From the IMG/VR virus record IMGVR_UViG_3300038441_001119, positions 124,001-188,000 of that record: a stretch of 64,000 nucleotides of DNA, one strand, 5' to 3'. The translations under genes and the position numbers were made by a program. Positions 35,808-44,736 of the stretch are shown piece after piece. The notes under the pieces were generated by a model. That model saw only the letters and a program-made list of their open reading frames with translations. It had not been told where the DNA came from and ran no database searches. Positions within the stretch are counted from its first letter, which is position 1. Each line of letters starts with the position of its first letter.

Positions 35808-37092
35808 GGGTGTACCCTCCCGTCTTTTTGCTGAGGTCCCAGTTGCGTTCGACGAACTTGATGAGTTTGTCAGGGGCGGTAGTGCGCTTGAAGACTATGT
35901 TTGGACCATGTTGCTCCAGCATCACCGCTTTGATGTCATCTTCGAAGGTTTCAAGACCATCACTCGTGTTTTGCCCACACTGGTGGGAACCGCATTCCAC
36001 GTTGCGCTGTGACCTGACGGGGATCTTGTCCGGAGCGTCTGGTCTCATTGGTGAGTGGAAGTGCAGGATACAGTCGTAACCGGGATGATCCCTGAATACC
36101 ATACGCTGACTTTGACCCCCTACGGACGGTTTGGCGCCGTAGGCAAGTACTGTATCAGGTCCGTCCGTCCTGACATAAACCATCCCGATCTCAGGCAGTT
36201 TATTGAAGTCAGACTTTCGGATTGAAGTGACGAATTCCGTATCGGACATCTTGAACGCGAAATGTCCTACGGTTGCTCCATTGAACGGCTTGTAGGCGTT
36301 ACCGGCGATACAGTGCTCGACGGCTGCTTTCAGTGGAGCTGGGATACGTTCATCCCAAGGGACCAAGTCGCTTGCGATCACTGTCGACTGGGTGAAGGTC
36401 AACTGTGATCTGTAGAACGACATGTCCACCAAGTTGGCAAGTACCTCGTCACGGTTAGCCGTTTCGTGATACGCCGCTTCCTCTGGTGTTACAATCATGT
36501 TCCAATGCCTTGCAGCATCATTGACCAGCACAAGGTTGCAGGATGCTTCCTTGCACAGTCTCAGGCCAGCCTCGAACATCTCCTGATTGCTCTTGCCCAC
36601 AGTGGTCTTGAATCCTACAAGGAAGATGTCTTTACGACCATTCCTGATAGATTGAATGACTTTGTTGGCAGGAGCGAAACTGAGGTGAATGTGTGGGTTT
36701 TCCCGAGTTTCCAGACGACGGGTGTACTTGCCGAACTCCTTGATCATTTCCTTCTCCCCAGCGAGTTGCAAGGTGTCTGGAATCCAATCAAGAAGTGCAC
36801 AAGAGAAGAACACGATCTTTGAATCGGCTCTGCTCTTGATCATGTCTACCCTTGCCTGAATGTCATTATTGGTTGCCAAGGTTTTGTAACCGCCATCGAC
36901 CTGATACGTGAGGTGCGGTGCAAGTCCCATGTTTGGGAACTTTGCTTTGCACAACTTGTACAATGCTTTGGCGGTAGTACCCTTGGCCTCCGCTTCGACT
37001 TTGAAGTGGTGCGCTACATCGAAACGTGTTCCTCCTCCAAAGATGTGGATGTATTTTCGGTCAGTTTTTGAAGAGTCCTGTTTTTGGCTCAT
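35785..37092 (-). CDS. CoaB-like (PPC synthetase fold) domain fused to a class II aldolase-like domain
   Basis: GGGT...; CALLDW; FLVGFKTT; CNLVLVND; then GHFAFK, PSVG, ILHFHSP, CGS, EQHG. Confidence 0.7.
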   Translation of the reverse strand: MSQKQDSSKTDRKYIHIFGGGTRFDVAHHFKVEAEAKGTTAKALYKLCKAKFPNMGLAPHLTYQVDGGYKTLATNNDIQARVDMIKSRADSKIVFFSCALLDWIPDTLQLAGEKEMIKEFGKYTRRLETRENPHIHLSFAPANKVIQSIRNGRKDIFLVGFKTTVGKSNQEMFEAGLRLCKEASCNLVLVNDAARHWNMIVTPEEAAYHETANRDEVLANLVDMSFYRSQLTFTQSTVIASDLVPWDERIPAPLKAAVEHCIAGNAYKPFNGATVGHFAFKMSDTEFVTSIRKSDFNKLPEIGMVYVRTDGPDTVLAYGAKPSVGGQSQRMVFRDHPGYDCILHFHSPMRPDAPDKIPVRSQRNVECGSHQCGQNTSDGLETFEDDIKAVMLEQHGPNIVFKRTTAPDKLIKFVERNWDLSKKTGGYTLEVGAGT

Positions 37093-37408
37093 TTCTTTCT
37101 GCGCTGAATGGTTGGAAGTATTTGCCTGTGTCGTACTCCCGGGCACGAGTGTTGAAGCCTCCCGTTGTAGTGATGACTTCCCAGTAGGTGACTGGAAACA
37201 ACCTTCGACACATCTCCTGCCGAATCCGCGTCACTTCCTCCGTTGAGAGAAGTTTTTGCTTCTCTCCAAACACAATATCCATTTCCCGCTGCAGCAGCTG
37301 TTGGTCAGCTTCCGTAATGGGTACGTTTCTCCGTTCGTACGTGGTGTACGTTTTCGAACACGCAGACAGTGCTGCTGCGAGTACGAGCATGAATAGACAT
37401 CTTTTCAT
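37061..37408 (-). CDS. Lipoprotein
   Basis: MKR + hydrophobic stretch + LSAC lipobox. Confidence 0.7.
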   Translation of the reverse strand: MKRCLFMLVLAAALSACSKTYTTYERRNVPITEADQQLLQREMDIVFGEKQKLLSTEEVTRIRQEMCRRLFPVTYWEVITTTGGFNTRAREYDTGKYFQPFSAERNEPKTGLFKN

Positions 37409-37593
37409 CGGTTGGTTGCGAGGGGTTGGTATTGTATTAACGAGGGGGCGGGGCCTGCAAATGTCGCTTTGACTTTCACAGGCTGTACCGGACTACACGA
37501 TACGGACAGCCACATCAATACGGTGATCAATATGGCAAGTCCTAACGTGTTAATCAGGCATACGGATTCGGGGTCTGGGTCTTTAAACATCAT
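37405..37593 (-). CDS. Small membrane protein, possible lipoprotein
   Basis: Hydrophobic helix followed by LSVSC. Confidence 0.55.
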   Translation of the reverse strand: MMFKDPDPESVCLINTLGLAILITVLMWLSVSCSPVQPVKVKATFAGPAPSLIQYQPLATNR

Positions 37594-38362
37594 TTCCTAC
37601 ATTGGCATATTCACTATGCCCTGTAGCTGCTTTACGACGCATTTCGTTGAAGTCGACAATAGCCCGTGCGGCGATAACAGCTTCAGGGATGAATCTGACA
37701 ATCTTACGATCAGTCGAATTGCTGTCCATGAGGACGTAATCCGCTTTATTCGTAAGGGTCAGACGGCTAGCTTCGGGGAGGTTCTCCCAGTTGAAGATGA
37801 TGCGTTGGGTTACGATTTCGAGTGCTCGCTCGTAACGACGATCATACTCGTCATGGAAGTGCAGAAGATATGTCAGCAGGTGATAAAAATAAACAGCCTC
37901 CTTACCGCCGCAAGCGGTCAGGAATCCAATTGTGGAGAAATCGAGATCACAGGCACCTTCCCGGATAGTTTCGAGCTTTTCCTGGTCGGGGTATGTGCTC
38001 TCGTCGTAACAGATGACAGCTTCAAATACTGCCAGTTCTTCTGCGATTCGCTCTTCCTCAGACTCTGGCTCATCACGTAATTCCAGCGGTTCACCATCCA
38101 GAATCACAGAAGAGCCACCTGTTGCCACAGCGCCATGGACACTTGGAATCCAATCATCAGCGCGGACACGTCCAGCTGGAGACTTGGGTTCTTCATGCGA
38201 TACCGTGATGACAGGTTTTGTTTTGTTAACAAGAGAAACCACCGGCAGCGGAGCCACCGGTGGTTTACCTGAAACTTGTTCCTGTGACAGCTTTGCAGCT
38301 GCAACAGAAGAGGGAGAGGGAGAAGGAATAAATAACGCTTTTTTAGGTAATTGTTCGGACAT
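37583..38362 (-). CDS. Hypothetical protein
   Basis: Disordered P/S-rich N-terminus and helical C-terminus. Confidence 0.75.
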   Translation of the reverse strand: MSEQLPKKALFIPSPSPSSVAAAKLSQEQVSGKPPVAPLPVVSLVNKTKPVITVSHEEPKSPAGRVRADDWIPSVHGAVATGGSSVILDGEPLELRDEPESEEERIAEELAVFEAVICYDESTYPDQEKLETIREGACDLDFSTIGFLTACGGKEAVYFYHLLTYLLHFHDEYDRRYERALEIVTQRIIFNWENLPEASRLTLTNKADYVLMDSNSTDRKIVRFIPEAVIAARAIVDFNEMRRKAATGHSEYANVGNDV

Positions 38363-39284
38363 AGTGTGGCGACTGGTGTTGCAGACAACTGAGGGCGGCC
38401 TCGACTGTATCGAAGGTCGCCTGAGTTTTTGATTTGGACAAATGCCTCATAGACTTGTGGTGTTTAAGATGAAAACCCTTAATCTGAAGCACGTACTGAT
38501 CACGCCTGCTTTCCAGTAGAGAAGGTGAAATGACTGCTGACAGCGGCCTGTTCACCTGCTTTTCCGCCCACATAATGGACGAAATATTTATCACATCCGA
38601 AATAAGTATGCTGCCTCCGTGATCGTCTGTCTCGTAGGAAGTATACTTGGAGTTGCTAATCAGATTACCACGGATGGTTCGTATTGCTACTGACCAGATA
38701 GTGGCTCGGAGCGACGTATCGAGGAAGTCTTTGGCTTTCTCGAACGGCACACCTACATCGGACATTGAGGCTATCACAGCCGATAGACTACAGTTCCGCC
38801 CTATTGGGTATTTACCGTAGTCCCACATGTCGATGGGAATGATGAATTTTTCATTCACTTGTTCCGCAATGGATGTCAGGACCTGCCGATCATTAGCACA
38901 ATCGAGCAAGTCTCGCTCCACACGTTCGTCGGTGAAGTCGAAGGGGATATCTTTGTTTCTCAGTTGGGTTTTTATTACACGGGAGACAACGGTGTCTCCC
39001 ATAAAGTCCCACACAAGACCCGCTGAGGCCATGAGTGGACTATCTTCCGAATTGTGCATCTTCGAGAACCCTTTTTGGTGGTGATCGAATCTGCGCAAGT
39101 TTCTGTTGTACTCTTGACCACAGTCGACCACGTAATCCGCAATACGAATTTGGTCAAGGTAGTCTGTATCCCTGTAGATTCTGGCACCGGGGTTTTCGAT
39201 GAGGATGATCGCCACGGCTGTGAGATCATCTGCATGGTACGACCCTGAATGTGTCACAATCAGTGGACCGAGTTCAGTAGACAT
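38343..39284 (-). CDS. MYG1-like DHH-family exonuclease
   Basis: IVTHSGSYHADD; VVDCGQEY; FDHHQ; ASAGLVW; PIDMWD. Confidence 0.85.
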   Translation of the reverse strand: MSTELGPLIVTHSGSYHADDLTAVAIILIENPGARIYRDTDYLDQIRIADYVVDCGQEYNRNLRRFDHHQKGFSKMHNSEDSPLMASAGLVWDFMGDTVVSRVIKTQLRNKDIPFDFTDERVERDLLDCANDRQVLTSIAEQVNEKFIIPIDMWDYGKYPIGRNCSLSAVIASMSDVGVPFEKAKDFLDTSLRATIWSVAIRTIRGNLISNSKYTSYETDDHGGSILISDVINISSIMWAEKQVNRPLSAVISPSLLESRRDQYVLQIKGFHLKHHKSMRHLSKSKTQATFDTVEAALSCLQHQSPHYVRTIT

Positions 39285-39393
39285 GTTATGGCTGGTTGTA
39301 CACGGATGGTTAGACACCGTGTTGGTTTATGTCAGAACCTCACTAAAAAATGAAGACTGACTGCCTAATGTCAGTGACATAGGCGTTCACATG

Positions 39394-39403
39394 TATATAG
39401 CAC
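39394..39403 (-). promoter_or_regulatory. GTGCTATATA promoter-like motif, copy 2
   Basis: Exact match to 13387..13396; heads the accessory operon; followed by hairpins. Confidence 0.5.
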
Positions 39404-39424
39404 TAGGGGGTCCCTTTTTGCCCC

Positions 39425-40015
39425 TTAAGCAAGCAACTGTTCTGCCTGTGCAATGAACTCATCTGGTACGCCGACAGCCTTCAACTCAGCGAACAGTTCG
39501 GCTTTGATTCTAGCCTCGTCATCGTTGAGTTCAGGGTCTTCCAGAGTGTCAATGGACTCCTTGTTCAGGATGTCCTTAATGAATTCCTCCATGGTAGGAG
39601 TGAATTCGGTTTCAGCATCATGGTTAAGCTGGACTTCCATGATGCCAAGAAGCATTTCGGGCACTGTAGGCTCGTCGAAAGCTCCGTTTACAATGTCTCC
39701 AAGGTCTCCGGAGGCGATTGCTATACAAATAGACGAGAACGCCATTGGATTCTCGAAAAATACCTCCGTAGCGGTCGCAAGGAGGATAGCGTTGAGCTTG
39801 TTTTCGACTTCCAGAGGGATTTTGACCGAAAAGTCCTCCTCTAGGTTCGCAAAAAGCTCCAACGGGTCCATTGGCTCATCGTCGTTAAGAGGATCGCCGT
39901 AAATAGCCTCTATTCCGTACTGTTTGAGTACGATAGCATGTAAAGTGGAGGCGAAGGACTCGGTGTTACCCAGTACTTCCCTCGCCGCGTCCTTATTAAG
40001 CTCCCAGTTATTCAT
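39425..40015 (-). CDS. Acidic hypothetical (probably virion or assembly) protein
   Basis: 196-aa ORF coupled to 40008..41090. Confidence 0.75.
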   Translation of the reverse strand: MNNWELNKDAAREVLGNTESFASTLHAIVLKQYGIEAIYGDPLNDDEPMDPLELFANLEEDFSVKIPLEVENKLNAILLATATEVFFENPMAFSSICIAIASGDLGDIVNGAFDEPTVPEMLLGIMEVQLNHDAETEFTPTMEEFIKDILNKESIDTLEDPELNDDEARIKAELFAELKAVGVPDEFIAQAEQLLA

Positions 40016-41090
40016 TTGCAGCCAGCGTTACCCGTACAATATCCTTACGAATGTCTGCGTCAAGGCCATTTACGAGTGCGGTGGCTTCAAAAGCGTCGTT
40101 TTTGGTCGCTTCAAAGAATTCTTGGACTTTCCCAGAGTTAGGACCAGCAAAAACATGGTCAATGGTCTTGGAAGCCACTTTTGTGAAGGCTTCTGCAGGG
40201 ATAAGGACGTTCTCTTCGTGGAAATAGACCTGCGTGGAGGCATATTTCTCAATGACTTCGTCTTCAGCACCTGCGTGGAGGCAGTCATAGGCCGATTGCA
40301 GTCTGTGTTCGATTGCAAAGGCATCTTTCACAAGGAAAGTCTCGTCCAGTTCTTCCCACATAGAGGTAAGTTCAAAGAGATACTCTTCATCAGCACCTGC
40401 AGCACTCTTAACGATGTCGTTGTAGAGTTCCAGAGTGTCAGCTTCGACGAAGTTGGAGCGAAGGCGTACCTGACGTTCAGCATTGCCTGCTTCGAAGATA
40501 CGTGGAGTACCCATGGTAATCACATCTTGATGGATGTAGTTAAGGTTACCATACTCCTTGGCGGACTTGACGATCTCACGAGCGACGGAGATCGCGATGT
40601 CTGCTGGCATACTGTCTTTCTGAGAGAGGAATGCCTTGGCGGACTCTTCGACTTGGAAATCGTTGTTCAGTGGAAAGTAACCAAGGGTGTTGCCGTTTTC
40701 GTCTTCCATTGAGAAGGCGTACTTAACAAGAGGCTTCTCTTGTGCAGCAGCCTGTTTAACAACTGCTTCGGCAAAGATATCCTCGACCTTCGTGTAGAAG
40801 TCAGACATACCGAAGTTGGCACATGCCTTCTTGATGCGCTGACCAACAACGACGTCTCCTTCAGCTTTGCCAAGGAAGTCCATCGCGGAGTAAGCGGTCG
40901 TAGTCTGGTCGTAAACAGGATACTGACGATTCAGAGGATCAGCGAAACCTGTATTCGAAATGGATGCCAGTTTGGTGATATCAGGCAGATTAGCCTCAGC
41001 GACATATGCTGGAAGCTCGCCCTTATCGGTCAGCGTGTCAATCACGTGGAAGACAGCGGTAGGGTTATTGGAGTGCAAATAATCTGCCAT
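40008..41090 (-). CDS. Probable head-associated protein with repeated K-x-A motifs
   Basis: FADPLNRQYP motif; KLAS, KQAA, KYAF, KSAK, KSAA, KDAF, KYAS, KVAS. Confidence 0.65.
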   Translation of the reverse strand: MADYLHSNNPTAVFHVIDTLTDKGELPAYVAEANLPDITKLASISNTGFADPLNRQYPVYDQTTTAYSAMDFLGKAEGDVVVGQRIKKACANFGMSDFYTKVEDIFAEAVVKQAAAQEKPLVKYAFSMEDENGNTLGYFPLNNDFQVEESAKAFLSQKDSMPADIAISVAREIVKSAKEYGNLNYIHQDVITMGTPRIFEAGNAERQVRLRSNFVEADTLELYNDIVKSAAGADEEYLFELTSMWEELDETFLVKDAFAIEHRLQSAYDCLHAGAEDEVIEKYASTQVYFHEENVLIPAEAFTKVASKTIDHVFAGPNSGKVQEFFEATKNDAFEATALVNGLDADIRKDIVRVTLAANE

Positions 41091-41101
41091 GACTTTCGCT
41101 T

Positions 41102-41130
41102 AGCTTACCATGCAAAGACCGTCAACTCAA
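41102..41130 (-). promoter_or_regulatory. Sigma70-like promoter
   Basis: TTGAGT-N17-TAAGCT with TG extension, 11 nt before ATG 41090. Confidence 0.45.
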
Positions 41131-41192
41131 TAGTTTCTTTTGTTGTGTAGGACAAAGTGTTATTATACATTTCCTTGATAAACAAGTAATTC

Positions 41193-43631
41193 ATGGGTCC
41201 CTATAGCAATCAGTTCCTGTCGACTGTCTCCCCCTTCTCGATCATCTCCGAGACTGGAGTTGATACCGAGTTCACATCTCGTGGAGAAGTCAAAACGACC
41301 TGCCCGTGCTGCGGTTCCGATATGTATGTTCTTAAGAATGACTTCTTGTGTACCAACAAGTCATGCTCTTTGAAAGCAGGTAACATTGTAGACTACGTTG
41401 CAGCCAGCGAAGGTCACTACAGTTACAAGAAAGCTATTGAGTCCATTAACCTGATTGTTAATGCGGAGAAACAGATCGGCGACCTCAGACAGGTTGAAGA
41501 AGATTTGAAGTTGGGTAGGCAGGTGTTTTCGTTCTTCAGAAACACTGCCCAACTCTACGCAAAGAACCGCACACAGCAACGCGTGTTGTCTGAGGCTTGG
41601 CTGCGTAAACTAGGACACAACGTTGAGGATGTCGCCAACACAGCTGTTCTGTGGACGTCTAAGGAGATTGCGGAGTTCAATAAGATCCTGCTTAAGATGC
41701 AGATCACCCCTATCACTCCTCCCTCCGCTGGCTACCTGCTCGCCATTCCTTATTTCAGTTCGTACAGTATGATTGGAGCGGTTCTGATCGTTAAGCCCAA
41801 TACGAACAATCCGCAGCTGATACGCTTCAGCGGTGAGAAATTCCTTTGGTCCGGTCTGATGGATGCTGTCAGACCCGTCTACGATTATCGGGTTACTCAG
41901 AATTTTGCATTGAACATGCGCATTCTCGGTCACTCAAAGTTTAACACTCCGGGATTTCCGGTACTTGGTTTGTTATACAATGGCAAAGGTTCTTCGAGTG
42001 GTTTTGTTCCTCCTCATCCTGTTTACCTTCATTATCCTGACTTGGAGCCTAACATGGCTGCTGTCTCTGCTCTTGCAGATGCTGCCAAGGAAATGGTGAT
42101 CCAACCATACTTGAAGCCTATTGCACAGGAGCATCAGAAGACGTGGAGCAGTTACATTGTCGACTTCTTGGCGGATCGTATAAGTCCCGGGACTTTGAGC
42201 GAGCAGATGCTCCATTTCATCGACTCCTGCAGGCTTACTCTGACTCAGCGGCACAGCCTTGTACGTAAGATTCAGTACACCGGCAAGTTCGTCACTGGAG
42301 AGCAGCTCAAGAAGCACTTCGATACGCACATCATTCTGGTCAATGACAAGCATCAGATTAGAAGCTCGCCGGAAGGTTACTTTGCACAGGAAATTAAGAA
42401 CGGACTGCGCACTGACATCGCCAATTTCACTCTTGAGGTCAAAAGGAACGTAATTTTCCCCTCCAAGAAGGAAATTTTGACCGAATGTATCGCTACGTTC
42501 GGTTCTACGAGTGCAAAAGTGTCAATTCCGACCAATTCCCTCGATAATAACGGAAAAGTGGAGGATGCAGTGCGTATGGCGTGGATTTCCACCGCTGGAG
42601 AGTCAGAAACGGCCCTTCCTATCATCAAAGACAAGAATTTGTTCAGAAAGTACATTTCGCCGCACCTCAAGGAAGAAGCAAGCCGTGTACCGTCTCTGGA
42701 GGGTATCTCGATGCTCGGCTGGAGCCATGATAAGTCCAAATTCCAAGGTCCGGGCTGGATTTTCACTAAAGATGGCTATAAAGCCACAAATTCCACCTTA
42801 CACAGTGAAATTCCCTTCCTTGAGTGCTTCAGCGTACGAAATATGCTGTCTTCCATCCTCGTTAAGGAGCTTCCTATCGAGGTACGGGATTGTATTGCCA
42901 TTTTGGTAGCCAATATGGTCCGTGGCTCTCTTTCTCTGAAGAACCACACTGTTGCATACGATTCTACGCCTGAGTCTAGGAGCCTTCTCTCTGCCGTTTT
43001 CTCTGCTTTGGGACAGGAAACCCCTTTCCAGCTCCCACAGAGCAAGATCGCAGACATCGAGGGGTGTCGGGACTTCCCCTTCTACGCCGGTGAGTCTCGT
43101 TTCAGCACTTCTAGGCTGTTCATGCCTATGTTCTACCTTGATAAGGATGGACGTGAGGAAGGTATCTATCTGGATGACAAGGAAGTCGCTGCTATCCGCA
43201 ATACGGTAAGCTACATCGTTCATCAGGTGCTCGATTGGATCTTCTCTGAAGAACACAAGAGCTTTGAGCCTATTCACAGTCTGTATACTGGAAATTCCCT
43301 TAAACTAGAGGGAGCCAACATCATTAAGCAGGCTTGTGGCTTTAATTGGGAGGTTTCCGAGGGCCGGTGGCAGGAAATGGACAAATTCCTCGCTTCAATC
43401 GACAAGGATAACCTTGGGAAGGTGTTCGCTCTCGATATTTCCACCCAGAATGTCGTTATCAACAGAAATGCCGCTAAAATCAGTGATGCAGCTATCACGG
43501 AGCTTAGCGGCTTGGTAACTGTTGACGAGGTTAATGACCGATGCTTGAAAGTAAGCATGGTGGGGATGGCAGACGTACTGCAGACCTACTATCAGGTAGG
43601 TACGATCAACTATGGTCGTTGGACCGATTAA
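41193..43631 (+). CDS. Large primase/helicase-related protein with N-terminal zinc finger
   Basis: CPCC...CTNKSC...GNIVDY zinc-binding domain like primase ZBDs; IANF and LGWS segments; no clear Walker A. Confidence 0.5.
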   Translation: MGPYSNQFLSTVSPFSIISETGVDTEFTSRGEVKTTCPCCGSDMYVLKNDFLCTNKSCSLKAGNIVDYVAASEGHYSYKKAIESINLIVNAEKQIGDLRQVEEDLKLGRQVFSFFRNTAQLYAKNRTQQRVLSEAWLRKLGHNVEDVANTAVLWTSKEIAEFNKILLKMQITPITPPSAGYLLAIPYFSSYSMIGAVLIVKPNTNNPQLIRFSGEKFLWSGLMDAVRPVYDYRVTQNFALNMRILGHSKFNTPGFPVLGLLYNGKGSSSGFVPPHPVYLHYPDLEPNMAAVSALADAAKEMVIQPYLKPIAQEHQKTWSSYIVDFLADRISPGTLSEQMLHFIDSCRLTLTQRHSLVRKIQYTGKFVTGEQLKKHFDTHIILVNDKHQIRSSPEGYFAQEIKNGLRTDIANFTLEVKRNVIFPSKKEILTECIATFGSTSAKVSIPTNSLDNNGKVEDAVRMAWISTAGESETALPIIKDKNLFRKYISPHLKEEASRVPSLEGISMLGWSHDKSKFQGPGWIFTKDGYKATNSTLHSEIPFLECFSVRNMLSSILVKELPIEVRDCIAILVANMVRGSLSLKNHTVAYDSTPESRSLLSAVFSALGQETPFQLPQSKIADIEGCRDFPFYAGESRFSTSRLFMPMFYLDKDGREEGIYLDDKEVAAIRNTVSYIVHQVLDWIFSEEHKSFEPIHSLYTGNSLKLEGANIIKQACGFNWEVSEGRWQEMDKFLASIDKDNLGKVFALDISTQNVVINRNAAKISDAAITELSGLVTVDEVNDRCLKVSMVGMADVLQTYYQVGTINYGRWTD

Positions 43632-44329
43632 GGATCGTAATGGTAAGGACCAACTTCAGGATCAACCCCCAGAATAACAAGCGGGGTTGACTTGGTCCAA
43701 ACTACCCACTCCAGACGGTAAGTACCTTCCTCTGGAACAGCCGGGTCAAAGTCCACATGGAACGAAACGTCCGTGACCTGTTTGACGATAGTGCTGATTG
43801 GCTGTGAAAGGCCCTCTTTGGTGACATTGACCAGAACAAGACCGGGCGTAGTGGAGAACTGCCGTGGGAATTGTACCATCGTTGTCTCTACTCCTGCGTC
43901 AAGAGTGACATTACCACGAATAACGAACACGTAGTTGTTCGCCAGTGGAAGCCTGAAGGACGAGTTTGCTCCCTTATTGAAGGGGTTGTCCTTATGTTGG
44001 ATGTAAAACGTCTTCAGCACGCCGTTACCGAGCACGTCAAGCCTGCTGGTACCTACTGGAAGGAACTCGTCTTCACTATCCAGAACAAAGTAATACGAGG
44101 TCTTGCCGTCTTCTCCTTCTTCGGGAAATATATAGGCGCCTCCATTGTCCATAAGAAGGACCTTGTTGTCAGGAGTGGTTACCGAAGCTTGGAAAAGGAT
44201 TTCTTCTTCCGAGTCAGCCTCCCATACCTTCACAACAACAGACCCGTCCGGGTTTGCGAAGATTTGCGCTTCAGAAAGCGGGGACTTCGTGGGGAAAAGC
44301 CCGGGGATGGAGAAGGGAGCAACGTTCAT
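43628..44329 (-). CDS. Virion structural protein (tail-associated)
   Basis: C-terminal G...VQFPRQFSTTPGLV beta-sandwich pattern; end of the baseplate operon. Confidence 0.55.
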   Translation of the reverse strand: MNVAPFSIPGLFPTKSPLSEAQIFANPDGSVVVKVWEADSEEEILFQASVTTPDNKVLLMDNGGAYIFPEEGEDGKTSYYFVLDSEDEFLPVGTSRLDVLGNGVLKTFYIQHKDNPFNKGANSSFRLPLANNYVFVIRGNVTLDAGVETTMVQFPRQFSTTPGLVLVNVTKEGLSQPISTIVKQVTDVSFHVDFDPAVPEEGTYRLEWVVWTKSTPLVILGVDPEVGPYHYDP

Positions 44330-44736
44330 TACGGATCAATGTTGACGGTTAAAGAATCTTCCAATTCCGCCGCCAAACGATGAGACCGTACGAGAGCCGT
44401 AGTGTCTTGCACAATGATGTTCCAAGCGTCTTCCAATTCTTCAGGATTTGTAAAGAATGCTTCAAACACCGCTAGGCGGTAGAAGGGGTTTAAATCCTCA
44501 GGATCATCAGATGGCTCATCTTCTGGTATATCCTGCATTTGTTTGATCGACGCGACGCAGGTGAAGATATCTCCCGGATATGAACCGGAGAAATCATCCG
44601 AGTATGCGTGATATACAAAGATCTTCGAGGTCAGCCCTTCTTCCGAAGATTCGGCAGTAACTTTCAGGTACCAGACGTGATCAGGATTGATCTCTTCTGG
44701 GTCGAGTGCTTCTCTGGTTAGTGCAATACCTGCCAT
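44329..44736 (-). CDS. Hypothetical structural protein
   Basis: TAATG-coupled on both sides within the baseplate operon. Confidence 0.65.
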   Translation of the reverse strand: MAGIALTREALDPEEINPDHVWYLKVTAESSEEGLTSKIFVYHAYSDDFSGSYPGDIFTCVASIKQMQDIPEDEPSDDPEDLNPFYRLAVFEAFFTNPEELEDAWNIIVQDTTALVRSHRLAAELEDSLTVNIDP

